A stretch of 64,000 nucleotides of DNA from Rotaria socialis (taxonomy: Eukaryota). The translations under genes were made by a program, and so were the position numbers. The notes under the pieces are model-generated. The model saw nothing but the letters and a program-made list of their open reading frames with translations. It did no database searches and was not told the origin of the DNA. Positions 53,301-64,000 of this stretch are shown piece by piece. The stretch covers positions 62,001 to 126,000 of the forward strand of contig CAJNYD010000012.1 of NCBI GenBank assembly GCA_905331295.1. The letters are read 5' to 3'. How positions within the stretch are numbered: position 1 is the first letter of the stretch; every line of letters begins with the position of its first letter.

Positions 53301-56300
53301 GTTATGTATTAGAACTGAACAATATTTCTATACGTTTTGCTGGTAGGTAAATGAGAAAAAAAAGAAGAAAAAAAGGAGAGAAAGAGAGAAAAAGGGGGGA
53401 ACCGTCCAGGAAGAAAGGAAGGCAGGCACGTTCGAGTAGATCTAATGCAATCATGGATAGGGCCAATACAAAGAGGAAAAAAAAAGAAAAAAAGAATCCT
53501 CTGCACACATTATAATGTACATATCAAACTCCTATCATTCTTGTTCTGTTCACTTCTCCTTTCTGTTGTGCTGCAATAGTCATGTTCATGTTAATAGTTG
53601 CAATTATCGTACATGTATAACTATAGCCAAAATCAAAGAATATATCATACGTTCTATAGAAATAGAAAAAATTGGAATAAGATGACGCAAGATGAAGGCG
53701 TTCTTTTTTCTAGGAACTTTTTTTCTTTTTTATATTTCAGTATTTGTTTATACAATGAGATTGCATAATAGACATATATATATATATAGAGAGAGAGAAA
53801 GGCAAAATAATACAGAACATTTATTACCTACTTGTATTTATACTTCGAGCTAAAGACTTCCGTTACGTATAGTAAAATAAAACGTATTAACACTCACGTT
53901 TATAGTTGGTCGGAGTAAAATATCGAAAACATTTAAAGCAAGATGACGAAAATCTTGTTCCATTACAAGAAAAATTTTTCGTCAAACTGTTTTTTATTCG
54001 ACGAAAATAAGATGATGAAGAGTATTGATTAATATTATTGTTTGCTGCTGTTGTTGTTGTTGTTGTTGAATTGTAAGATGATGAACGTACACTTGATTGA
54101 GATAAATGTATGTCCGAATTCATTATTGACTGTATATTTTATTTCGATATATCAATGTTTGTCAAAATGACAAATTTTTTTTTTCTTTTTCAAATGTATT
54201 GCGAGTGTAATAAAACATTAATTACAAGCCATGTCCTGTCTCTCATTGTTCATATGAAATGATGCGGTCGCGTTGTCAGAAGGCGAAAGGTGAACGAATG
54301 AGTGAGACAGAAAGAGAAAAGAGAATAGAAGGAAAAAAACCTAAAGCGTAAGACAATGTGTACAGTTCTACTAAGCTAGTAGCTCATCCAACCATCACTA
54401 TATACTCACATACACATTAAAAGTGGATGACCGATGTTAGGAAAGCAAAAAAAAGAGACGAACGGATTGAGACAAAGTGATTAATAACACGTGATAGTTT
54501 GATCTGTTTTTGTTTGCGTTATTTTGAAGGTCAAACTGGACACAATTAGACGGCTGGCACGTACGTACTAAACTGCGTATGTCTCGTCTATTATTTTCGA
54601 CGTAAAACAAAACACGAAGGAAGTGTTTAAAAAAAATGAATAATCATCTTAGTTCTGTATTAGATTAGTATTAATGCATATATATTTATATATATATATA
54701 TATTATGAGGGCGAACATAAATAGACGTTTTTGTTGTATAATAAAAATGTAACAGCTTACGGTAATCAAATAATCAATAAAGCAGACAGAGAGAAGTGTG
54801 TCTGCAGTAACAATGAAATACAGGAGAGAGGTAGAAAAGACAAAGAAAAGGATATGAACAATAGTCTTAACAAGAAACAATAATACCTTTAGGGAATCAT
54901 TCAATATGAGAAGAAAAGTGAACTATATTAGCGTTAGGCATCTTTCAGCAAATTCATCAGATCTATTAAAATTACTTATTTCAGCCTATTTCTATACTAT
55001 TGATTTTAAAAGATAAATATTAATGCTCACCTGATTGTGTTTTATCATCTTTCTTCATTAATTTATCAAATTCGAAATCGACAAGTTCTTGAATCGAATC
55101 TAAACCTTTTCTATTTCCTTTTTGATATTCATGCGATTTAATACTCGGCACAATTAAAAGATCATTTCGATCATTGTCAGTTTGTCGATCATCAATAGGC
55201 TCAACAAATACGCGTCTAACACGCCCAATTGAATTAAATGCATTTTTAACTATTAACCATTCACTTTGGTTATTATCGCCTTCGATAATCGCAAGAATTT
55301 CATCTTCAAAACAACCTAATTCATTTGGTCCACTCGGTTTAATATCACAAAGCACACGCACAAATTTGATTGGACTTCCATCGAATGATAAAAGATCGTT
55401 TTCACTAGACGATACTTGAATTTCTATACGATACAAAATATTTTTTTATTATAATGCTTTTGTCTTTTTCTTTCTATGGTCTATACCGTTTTGTTTCGCA
55501 CTGTTTGAATTCGATTTTACTAATGTAACAAATGTACTTGGAAAAATGCCGACCGGTCGATAAGTAGTGCCAGGTAAATTAAAATGAAGTGATCCACGAA
55601 ACCAGTCATTCGGCAGATGTTCATTAACAATTAAAAGGTCACCTATAATAAAGTCATAGAGTATTTCAAAGCCTGTTGATTTTTTTGTCTAGATATACCT
55701 CGACGAAATTGTAAATCTCCTTCATGATCTGAACGATAATCGGTATGTGCTATATATAATGATTGACTATTATCAATATCTACTGTTGGAAGTTGTTGAA
55801 TGAATTTACATGGTACGAGACCGATTTTACCATTTAATTTACCGCGAGTCCAATTCACATCAACTTGTTCTAATACCTGAAATAGTCAATTTCATTTATA
55901 GAGAAACCTACTCTTTAAATTGAAATCAATAAGCTTTTCAGTGCAGCTCGAAATCTTAATTGTTAATAAGTATTGCTCGAGCGGAACTCCTGTCATTAAT
56001 ATCGTACTTTCTATTTTACGAGATTAAATTTGGAATAAATCTATCCATCATCACAGATTTTTGCTTTCGTTTTTCTTCACAACTTATTTTCATTGGAAAA
56101 CTTAAAATCCATATAAATGAATGGATACCTAACTTGATGCTTAATCATTCGTGAACATCATAAGCTGTTTTTGTCTAGCACCTGGTTTTTAGCGAAAAAT
56201 TTTAATAATTTCCGTTATTTTCTGCATGAAAATAGACCATTCTTTTTAGAGGAAAAAACAGGAAATAATTTTTTCTATTTTCTTTGTCTATGCTTTTCTG

Positions 56301-56985
56301 ATCACGCATGTCGAACAATCCTCGAAGGAGTTCTTTTCAGTAGCCAATTGAGTTTTTCGTTCGGCTGAAAAACATGTGCAGTTGTAGTGACTTTATTCGA
56401 GAGTTTTTCACATCGTTAAATTAATCATACCCTTTCTCTTCATAAACACTACGGGCATGGCAACAGAATAAAGTCTTCTACAGAATTTCCCGTTTATCAA
56501 TAATCTATTCTTGTTTACATCCAGAAGTACTCTACTCTTGTGTCATCACATTTTCATGTGATTTGAATGAATCTGGCTGCTGAAGATCGATTTCTAAGCT
56601 ACGGAATGACCACAAACGGTTAAATAAAATACTGGTAAGTATATCTTTTGATTTAGACTCTTTTTGTTTTCTCGTTGATATATTATAATTCATGATCTCT
56701 AATTGAAATCTCAATATGCTGAACAAATTAAATATATTGAAGCGTGAAGCATAACCGCAACACAAGCAGTGAAGCAATATATATTTAAAAAGTGTACAAT
56801 CTGATTGCATGCTGTCTCCTTTTTTTGCTATTATTGAATGTCATCTCGAATGATATAGTTAGTCGGCGGAGAATTTTCATGCAATCGAGATGTGTTGAAT
56901 TTACCTCAATAACATCATCTACTTGCAATTCAAGATCACCAATGACGCCTGTTTGATATGGAAATATCGCTTTGGCATAGCTCAT
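47371..56985 (-). CDS. DNMBP: Dynamin-binding protein (Tuba)-like RhoGEF: N-terminal SH3s, Pro-rich linker, DH, BAR, C-terminal SH3
   Basis: SH3s (AKAIFPY..GDLELQVDDVI; WTRGKLNGKIGLVP; GDLQFRRG..DWFRG; PNELGCFEDEIL); DH (HAISELLSTERDYLRDL, LLLRPIQRIVRYPLILNEL, INEHKRRKEI); BAR (DERFNFEEQRF, LIGKRHDKLLDYD, LNSQLLEELP); final SH3 (GNDDWWYVE...RGYVPANYI). Stop at 47371. Confidence 0.88.
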
Positions 56986-57088
56986 TAAGTTTTTATTAGT
57001 AATCTACAAAAAGAAAACCATTACATAAAAAAAAAATAATTTTATTGCGAATCACAGAATATATAAATATATATGTATTTTTTTTCTA

Positions 57089-57526
57089 TTACAAATTCCA
57101 TTTTCGAGCTATAGTTTGAATTTTTTTATCAAATGCTGCTGATCGTATTGGTGTATCTGGCACATAAAATGGATTGAGTAACAGTTTAACATAGGTTTCA
57201 TAAACTTCAGTTAGGAAGTTTTTTAAGCCATCTTCGCCTGAACGTGGTAAATGTTCGTATAAGAAAAGAAATCGAAGGCCGCCAGCTGTGACATATGCTG
57301 AAACAATCCATTCATTGAATTTATCAACTTGTTTTAAATATGTTGTTGTATTACGCCACATAGCTTCATCGACAAGATCAAGTGCAGCATGTGCTATAAA
57401 TTGATTTAAATGACGATTATCTGTTGTTGTTTGTCCACTCGATCCACCTCCTAATTCGATTTCATAGACAACTTGATCACTGTGACCAACGATTACGAAA
57501 TAATAACTTGACGATGGTGACGACAT
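57089..57526 (-). CDS. TRAPPC2: Trafficking protein particle complex subunit 2 (sedlin), intronless
   Basis: YYFVIVGHSD...RHLNQFIAHAALDLVDE...YLKQVDKFNEWIVSAYVTAG...YETYVKLLLNPFY...IRSAAFDKK. The ATG at 57526 directly follows TTTCAG. Confidence 0.95.
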   Translation of the reverse strand: MSSPSSSYYFVIVGHSDQVVYEIELGGGSSGQTTTDNRHLNQFIAHAALDLVDEAMWRNTTTYLKQVDKFNEWIVSAYVTAGGLRFLFLYEHLPRSGEDGLKNFLTEVYETYVKLLLNPFYVPDTPIRSAAFDKKIQTIARKWNL

Positions 57527-57718
57527 CTGAAATACAATCAAATGGAAAACAAACATAAGTTTCTAATTTTATGGACAAAAGAAAAACGAAAGAAGGAAGG
57601 ACATCAAAAGAACATCTTTTATTGTCTAGCTAGGAAAAATCTTTAGTTGCTTGTAGATAGGAGTGGACGAAGGAACAAAATTGAAAAAAAGAGATAGAAC
57701 TGATGATTCAAATGTCTT

Positions 57719-58023
57719 TTAACCAGCACGTTTTTTAAGTAATTGCCAACGCATAGCCACGAATGGAATAGCAACAGCCGATGTTACGTAAAGTACCATT
57801 TTTATGGCTAGACTCCATTTGTTATTGACTAGAAGAAAAAAAAGTATGTCTGTTTTTTTTCTACTTATTATTTAAAATATATTTTACTGTCAAATGGGGC
57901 GTTGGCACCAGGTAAACATTCTTGGTCCCAATTGTCTTTTAAACGTAATCGTTGAGTTAAACTAAATTGTCGGCGACCGACTACGCGTGGTACTAATGCA
58001 AGACCGGAACGAAGTGATGCCAT
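57719..58023 (-). CDS. COX7C: Cytochrome c oxidase subunit 7C, 2 exons (58023-57888, 57828-57719)
   Basis: Arg-rich presequence MASLRSGLALVPRVVGRRQFS, then PGANAPFD|INNKWSLAIKMVLYVTSAVAIPFVAMRWQLLKKRAG*, matching the COX7C pattern PG.N.PF...NK......M........PF...R.QLLK. Confidence 0.85.
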
Positions 58024-58174
58024 TGGTATGCAATTGATCGTAGTTATATCTAAAACGATATTTTTATGACACATATAATAATGAACATATACAAACAAAT
58101 AGTTGTACACATTAAAAAGGATTAAAAATGAAACGATGTAATGAAACACATTATTCTCAGTTTATTATTGACAA

Positions 58175-60239
58175 TTATTGAGGAGGCATCTGTTGTTGTG
58201 GAGGTGGTGGACCATAATCGTAGCCTTGTGGAGGATTATGCATTTGTGGTGGTGGTGGTGGTGGTGGTTGATAATATTGTTGTTGTTGTGGTGGTGGTCC
58301 TGATACAAGTGATGGATCATAAGGTGGATTTTGTGAATAACCATATGCTTGAGATGGATGTGTATTTGGATTCCATCCAGCGACTGCGCCACTATATCCA
58401 TAATGAACACCATTGGGATACATTTGTACTTGTTGTGGATGAGGAGGACCGCGCATTTGTGCCAAAGGTTGTTGTTGTGGTTGGTTAGATGGCCATTGTT
58501 GTTGAGGTGGTGGTTGTTGTTGAGACCATTGTTGAACATTGGGAGGATATGGACTGTAATAGCGAGAATCTATTTTTTGATGAAAAAAAATTGTATTAGA
58601 ATTTAAATTTTAGTTCAAATCATTACCGTATGCATTTGGCTGCCATTGTTGTGGTGGCGGCTGCTGCTGTTGTTGCCATTGAACATTAGATGGATATTGT
58701 GCTGATCGTTGAGACATTTGTGGCCGATATTGAGTTGTTGGTGCATGACCATAACCAGGTGGATAACCTCCACCTCCTGGATGTATCATTGGATAACCTT
58801 GAGAAGCTGATGTTGGTGGTTGATGTTGCTGCGGTGGAATTTGTACCATTGCAGTAGGTGGCGGTTGTGGAACTTGCGAGATTGCATGAGATGGTTGTTG
58901 TGAAATCTGAGACATTACAGGAGGAGGTGGTGGTGGAGCTTGTGATATTGCAGGTGGTAGCTGCGGTGACACTAATTGAGGTGATACAGTTTGAGTTGGT
59001 GGTATTTGAGATTGCACAGTTTGTAATGGTGGTAATTGACTTGATACAGATTGAGACGATGGCAATTGGCTTGGTACTGATGGAGCGGCAGATACAGATT
59101 GAACAGGTGGTATAGATGGTGAGGATTGCGATTGAGTTTGCACAGGAGGCGGTGGAGGCGTCGATGTAAGCTGCTGTGAAATTTCAACTGTAGCTATAGG
59201 TTCTGTCTTCGTTGTTGGTAGTGCCATTGGTTGAGATACTGCTGTTGAAGGTAATGGTGGCAGTGGTGGCGGTGGTGGTGGTGGTGGCGGCGGTGGTGGC
59301 GGTTGTAATTGTGTTGATGGTGTAACAGTTTGTTGTTGTTGTTGTTGTTGTTGCTGTAGTGCAAGTAATTGTTTCTCTTTTTGTAATTTTTCCATCGCTT
59401 CATGCTTTTGTAGAATTTCATTGATTTTCTCTTCACTCAAATTCGTTGTTGATGCGTCAGCATATTCATTATGAAATTTTTCGTTAGATTCTAAGAATCT
59501 TCGTTTCTTTTCAGCATGTTTCTCTTCTAATTCATTTAAATCTTTTTCAAATGTTTCACGATGTGTTTTAAGTGCATTCACTTGATGACGTAATGTTAAT
59601 ATACGATCAACACTAATATTCGATCGTAAATCTGGTATACATACTTCATTACATATTTCATGTAATAAACGTTGATTACGTTGAAAACGTGCAGCAGCCA
59701 TGTGACGCGCAGAAAAAGTTGTATCATCTCCTTCATCATCGTCTGCTGCTGGTTCAATTGTAAATGATGAACTATTAATACTCTCAGGTGGAATACTATG
59801 AGTTGGTTGATTAGGACGCATATAAGGTGGTTCATGTTCATCATAGCCACGCATATTTTTATCTAAAAGTAAGAAAATTTTATTGAGTTAGACTTTGTTT
59901 TTCTTTCTAAGATATACGCAAATAAATACCATTAAGATTGCGTGACATAGGCCAAGCTTTTCGTGTATAGCGAGATGAATAAGGCATTGTATTTGATTTA
60001 TCCATTGGATTCATACTGATAGAGCTTGATTTTAAAGTTCCCATCGAATTACTTGATCGCATTGACGAAAGTGGAACATTCATATTTGAACTCATAGATG
60101 TACTTGGTGGATTACCAATAGATACGGGACCATTAGTTGTTCGTTTTAATAATAGCGACGATGCTGATGCTGGCAATCGAGCATTAAATCCAGGAGGCAC
60201 GTGTGGAGAAGCAAGAAATGGCCCTGCATTTTGAGACAT
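58175..60239 (-). CDS. SMARCE1: SMARCE1/BAF57-like SWI/SNF subunit with truncated HMG box and long Pro/Gln-rich tail; exons 60239-59930, 59862-58627, 58569-58175
   Basis: FTIEPAADDDEGDDTTFSARHMAAARFQRNQRLLHEI...PDLRS...RILTLRHQVNALKTH...LEEKHAEKKRRFLES matches the NHRLI and coiled-coil region of BAF57. The spliced frame is open. Confidence 0.88.
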
Positions 60240-60856
60240 TTCGAATTAAATAATTGTCGTGACGTTTTGAAGGCGAATTCAGTGTTTCTAATAGAAATCT
60301 AAAACAAAAAGTCAAATGACACTTTCGTTTTGCTATCACAGTGCAAAATGATACTTTGTTTTTCAAAGCAAAGTATCACAAAGTATCCAAAGTATCAATC
60401 ACTAAAATTAAAGTAAAAATAGAAATATTTCATATCTTTTTATTAATATCAAGTTTACATCGAATATACATATAAAGAATGGCATCTGACTACGTTATAT
60501 AGACAAATCATTTCTCCACTATTTCATAAATAGGTTAAAACAAATGAAAAAACAATCACACAATAAATATCGTTTACTATTCACTGACAAAAAAGAACAA
60601 TAATTTACTATGTCAGTCACCTGTATCTTCATGTTCATCATCTTCTTGCTCACGTCCGTCTTCTTCTTCACTATGCATGTCTTTATGATCATTGCAAAAC
60701 TATTGATTATCAATTGATATACTAAATTTGATGCGACAACTATTGCACAACCACTGGGAACAGCTTTCAAAAGGATCCACCCAATCGAATTCGTCATTTT
60801 GATGGCAACATCGTATCACTTGATTTTGTGTAGGGTCATTTGCTGAAACTTCACGT

Positions 60857-62140
60857 TTACACCCATTGGCATCTACAATAGAAAGGCAACGGCTTTTGAC
60901 AATTCAAAAATAAATACGAAAACTCACATTTGCTTGCATTCGATTTCGGCTTCTTTAATTTTTTGTTTATTTGTTGTAATGACGTCGACAGTTTTTTTCT
61001 CTTGAAATCAACAAGCTTAGTTGATTTTTTTGGTTCATAATCAGGTGGTACATCAAGCAATAACTTGACTTGTCGAAATCGACGATTATGTTCTCTATCG
61101 TTCCAGGATTCCAACGCTCGTTCAATTATTGTTTGACAACGTGCACTAAACGGGCAAAAATAAACAGAAAACAGTATCTCAAATTGTATTAGTTGATAAT
61201 ATTACCTTCTAAGATCATCGGGCAATAACAAACACACGTTCATTAGTACGTCCAAAGTGGAAATCATGACTCGAGAACGACCAGTAGTTTGAATACGATT
61301 GGCTGTCGAATACTAAAGCATAGATATTTTTCAAAACTTCGTTAGTGAAGCAACTACTATAGTCACAACTTACCCCACGGTCACATTCAGTCGAATTGGT
61401 TGGCGCAATTAAATAAATACTCAATAAAGCAAGTAAATTCGTATTTTCCTCGAGGAATCGACTATTTACTGATTGTTTTAATAATAAAAATTGTTGCCAA
61501 AATGTTTCTTGTAAATTCTTTGATGAAGATCTATCCATAAACTCACTCAATGGTGGCTTCAATTTCTCCCATTCACTTCCAACCGCCTTTGTATCGATAC
61601 CAGGAAAATCTTGATATTTGTTTCGAATAGAATCTAACTCTGCTCGACCATAATTTGGAGAATCAATATCTGCCTTGTGCTCAATCAGGTATGCTGGATC
61701 GAAAAGCACGGACATATTTTCCAGTAATGGTGAAAGAGAAAACCGTTTATCTAGCTCTATTATTAAACGTTGAATATGTGCTGTATACATTCTTTAATTA
61801 GATGTTGTCGATTGAATAAGTTGATTTTATACGCACCATACATTTTTTTCTGTTACTTTTATATAATCAGCCAAAGCTGGTCCCCATACTGGTGCAGATT
61901 GAGATATCCATTTAGATATTAAAGATTTGTTTTCTTTGATTTTTTTCATTAAATTGTAATACGATATTTTATCATATTGCATTAACTTCGTAAGAGGGCC
62001 TTAAGCGCAACACAGCAAAATTCTACTCTAAACAATTAGACTTGAACTTGCCAAGAGCACATTCGTGTAGATCATGATGGAAATGCAAAATAAATAGAAA
62101 ATCGTCATTCAAAACACAATGGAACAGCTCTTCTGCTGCA
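60857..62140 (-). pseudogene. Intron-containing hAT/ZNF862-like transposase remnant
   Basis: LIIELDKRFS...SEWEKLK...LLALLSIYLIAPTNSTECDRG|YSTANRIQTTGRSR...TLDVLMNV. Broken upstream frames; truncated at the MITE at 62148. GTATC repeats near 60340-60400 suggest the terminus. Confidence 0.65.
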
Positions 62141-62147
62141 TCACAAT

Positions 62148-62305
62148 CAGAGACGTGCACAGGGCATAATTTTCTCTCCTGTCCTGTTGGCTACCTTGGT
62201 TCTGGCGGGCGGCAGGGCAGGACAAAAATCTAAATCTTATTCTGTCCTAAAGGACAGGACAAGGCACCAGGACAATAGGACCGTCCTGCCCTGTGCACGT
62301 CTCCG
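62148..62305. mobile_element. hAT-like MITE (158 bp)
   Basis: TIR CAGAGACGTGCACAGGGCA / TGCCCTGTGCACGTCTCCG; CAGGACA / TGTCCTG internal repeats; flanks only partly similar. Confidence 0.8.
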
Positions 62306-64000
62306 ATTCAAATATAGCAGCAGCAACACTTCATAAATTTAAGTAATAATAGCAACAGCTTATAAATTCAGATAACAATAAGCAACAATTTATAAATTCA
62401 AATAGCAAATTATAATATTAGATTAATTCCAATAATAATAATAACATTAGATCAATTCGAATAATAATAATAATGGCGACAATTGTATTGTGATGTGATT
62501 GAATCAGAAACCATCTAAGAAATGATAAAATTAATCAGAAGATGTCAGAACAAGAAATTTATCTCGACTGAAAAAAGAATAAAAAGTTCGAAGTTTGCAT
62601 CCAATGAAAAGAAAAAAATGAAGAAATTTTCAGCTAGTATCCACTTGATACTTAGTTTTCCTGAGCAAAGTGTCCATCAGTGTCAAATCAAAATCGCAAG
62701 GGTCTTGGATATTTTGTAACAAAGGCGGACCCTTGCTATTAGAAACATTGAGGCGAATAGTTAGGAAAAATAAACAACTTCCCAATAAACTTTATCCTCG
62801 CTATCATCGATGCATTGAAAAACGTTGCTGCTAACGACAACAAATCTTTTCCTTCGCTCATCTAAGACAACCAATTGTTTTGTAGGACTAATGTAGAGGT
62901 CACTTGAATACAGTTCTATTCATGATATTATATTCTTTGCCTTCGGTTACATGTTATTTTTACTTTTTATGGATGTTCGTAGCTCGTTTTCTTTTTATTT
63001 CCTTATGTGCACATCCTCACTTTTCATTACTAGCACTTGGTTTATGTTACTTACTTGAGTGCGATTGTCATCACACTTGTATTAAATACGCGTCGACTAA
63101 TCCTTTCTCGATAAATGAAGCTCGATTGGGATCGGAAGGAATGCATGTTGCGTATTCTTCCTAATCGCCTCTTCTTCTTTTTCTTCTCTCAATTATCTAT
63201 CTAAAAAATATCCCAATAATGTAATAAAAAAACAAAACGAATAGAGTGAACGAGTGTGACAAAAAAGAAATTCCATTGATCTAAGTAAGTATGTGTTCAT
63301 TGATACAAAAAAAGATACTAGTTTAAAAAAGACACCAACTGACAAGTAAGCATTTTTTTCTTATTGGATACAAGCATATTGATTTTTCTGTTTTTGATAC
63401 CTGATACTTTATCCTTTTTCTACTGATAGTGTTGTACAAAACTAATTATCAAGTTTTCGATCGATACGATAACGATTATCATCTAAGCCACTGAATGTTC
63501 CTGTCATGAAAGGTAGCATGTTTAGATTTAAGCTGCGAATATTCATATTTTTTGCTATTATTATTTTTCGCTTGAAATTAATAATGATCAGCAACTGACT
63601 GAACGATGTCACTGGTCATTGAACACTCTCTTTGCTATGTCATCGTTGTCATACAACGAATAGAGAGTATAAATTCCAGTAAAAATTCTCTGGAAATCTT
63701 TAAGTATAGTTAGTCGCTCGCGACCGTTTTTATTTTTATCTTATATGATTGCCGTCGACGAAGCAGCAGCAGCAGCAGCAACAGTAACAAGGAGAAAAAT
63801 AGAACAAGAAAAAATAGAATACAATGATTAATCGAATAAATCGAATGCTCATGCTGTTCCGTTAGTGTTTCTTATTTCTTTTTTGATTTTCACTAACTAT
63901 CTATATTGGCGTGAGTATACGTTCGATTAGACGAAATAACGATAAGTTACTTTATGAGCAAGTCAAATGTTGACAATGCTAGCGGCCAACTTGTGTGATT

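Noticed and set aside
54761..54801. 41-bp cassette exon in the DNMBP-like intron (CTGCAG...GTAAG)
   Set aside because: The splice sites look good, but inclusion shifts the frame relative to the next known acceptor; it cannot be supported without transcripts.
58141..59436. His/Val/Asn-rich ORFs in alternative frames
   Set aside because: They are shadow frames of the Pro/Gln-rich SMARCE1-like exons.
60339..63493. CAGTG...CACTG ends with GATAC repeats as one large hAT element
   Set aside because: The TIR match is weak beyond 5 bp and there is no TSD; more likely ends of separate related elements.

Overview
AT-rich (roughly 30% GC by eye) eukaryotic DNA with many 45-70 bp GT-AG introns. Intron size, gene content and the mix of foreign-looking genes and TEs point to a bdelloid rotifer such as Rotaria or Adineta (inference). 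Positions ~3-43 kb are TE-rich and decaying. They hold MITEs, hAT, MULE and CACTA-like remnants, two solo LTRs, a TG..CA element carrying a tRNA-like Pol III unit, and pseudogenes (TMEM272-like, LamG, kinase-like, metallophosphoesterase, heme-thiolate peroxygenase-like). Scattered among them are intact genes: a bacterial-type NifS cysteine desulfurase with introns, a DNAJA co-chaperone, and a PP1-like gene; a partial fasciclin-domain gene lies at the left edge of the window. The PP1-like gene has lost four catalytic residues and carries an RVxF-type motif in its own tail. Positions ~44-60 kb are gene-dense: PARG, then four tightly packed minus-strand genes (SMARCE1/BAF57-like lacking most of its HMG box, COX7C, TRAPPC2, DNMBP/Tuba-like) with operon-like spacing. 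All gene models were spliced and translated by eye; no searches were run.
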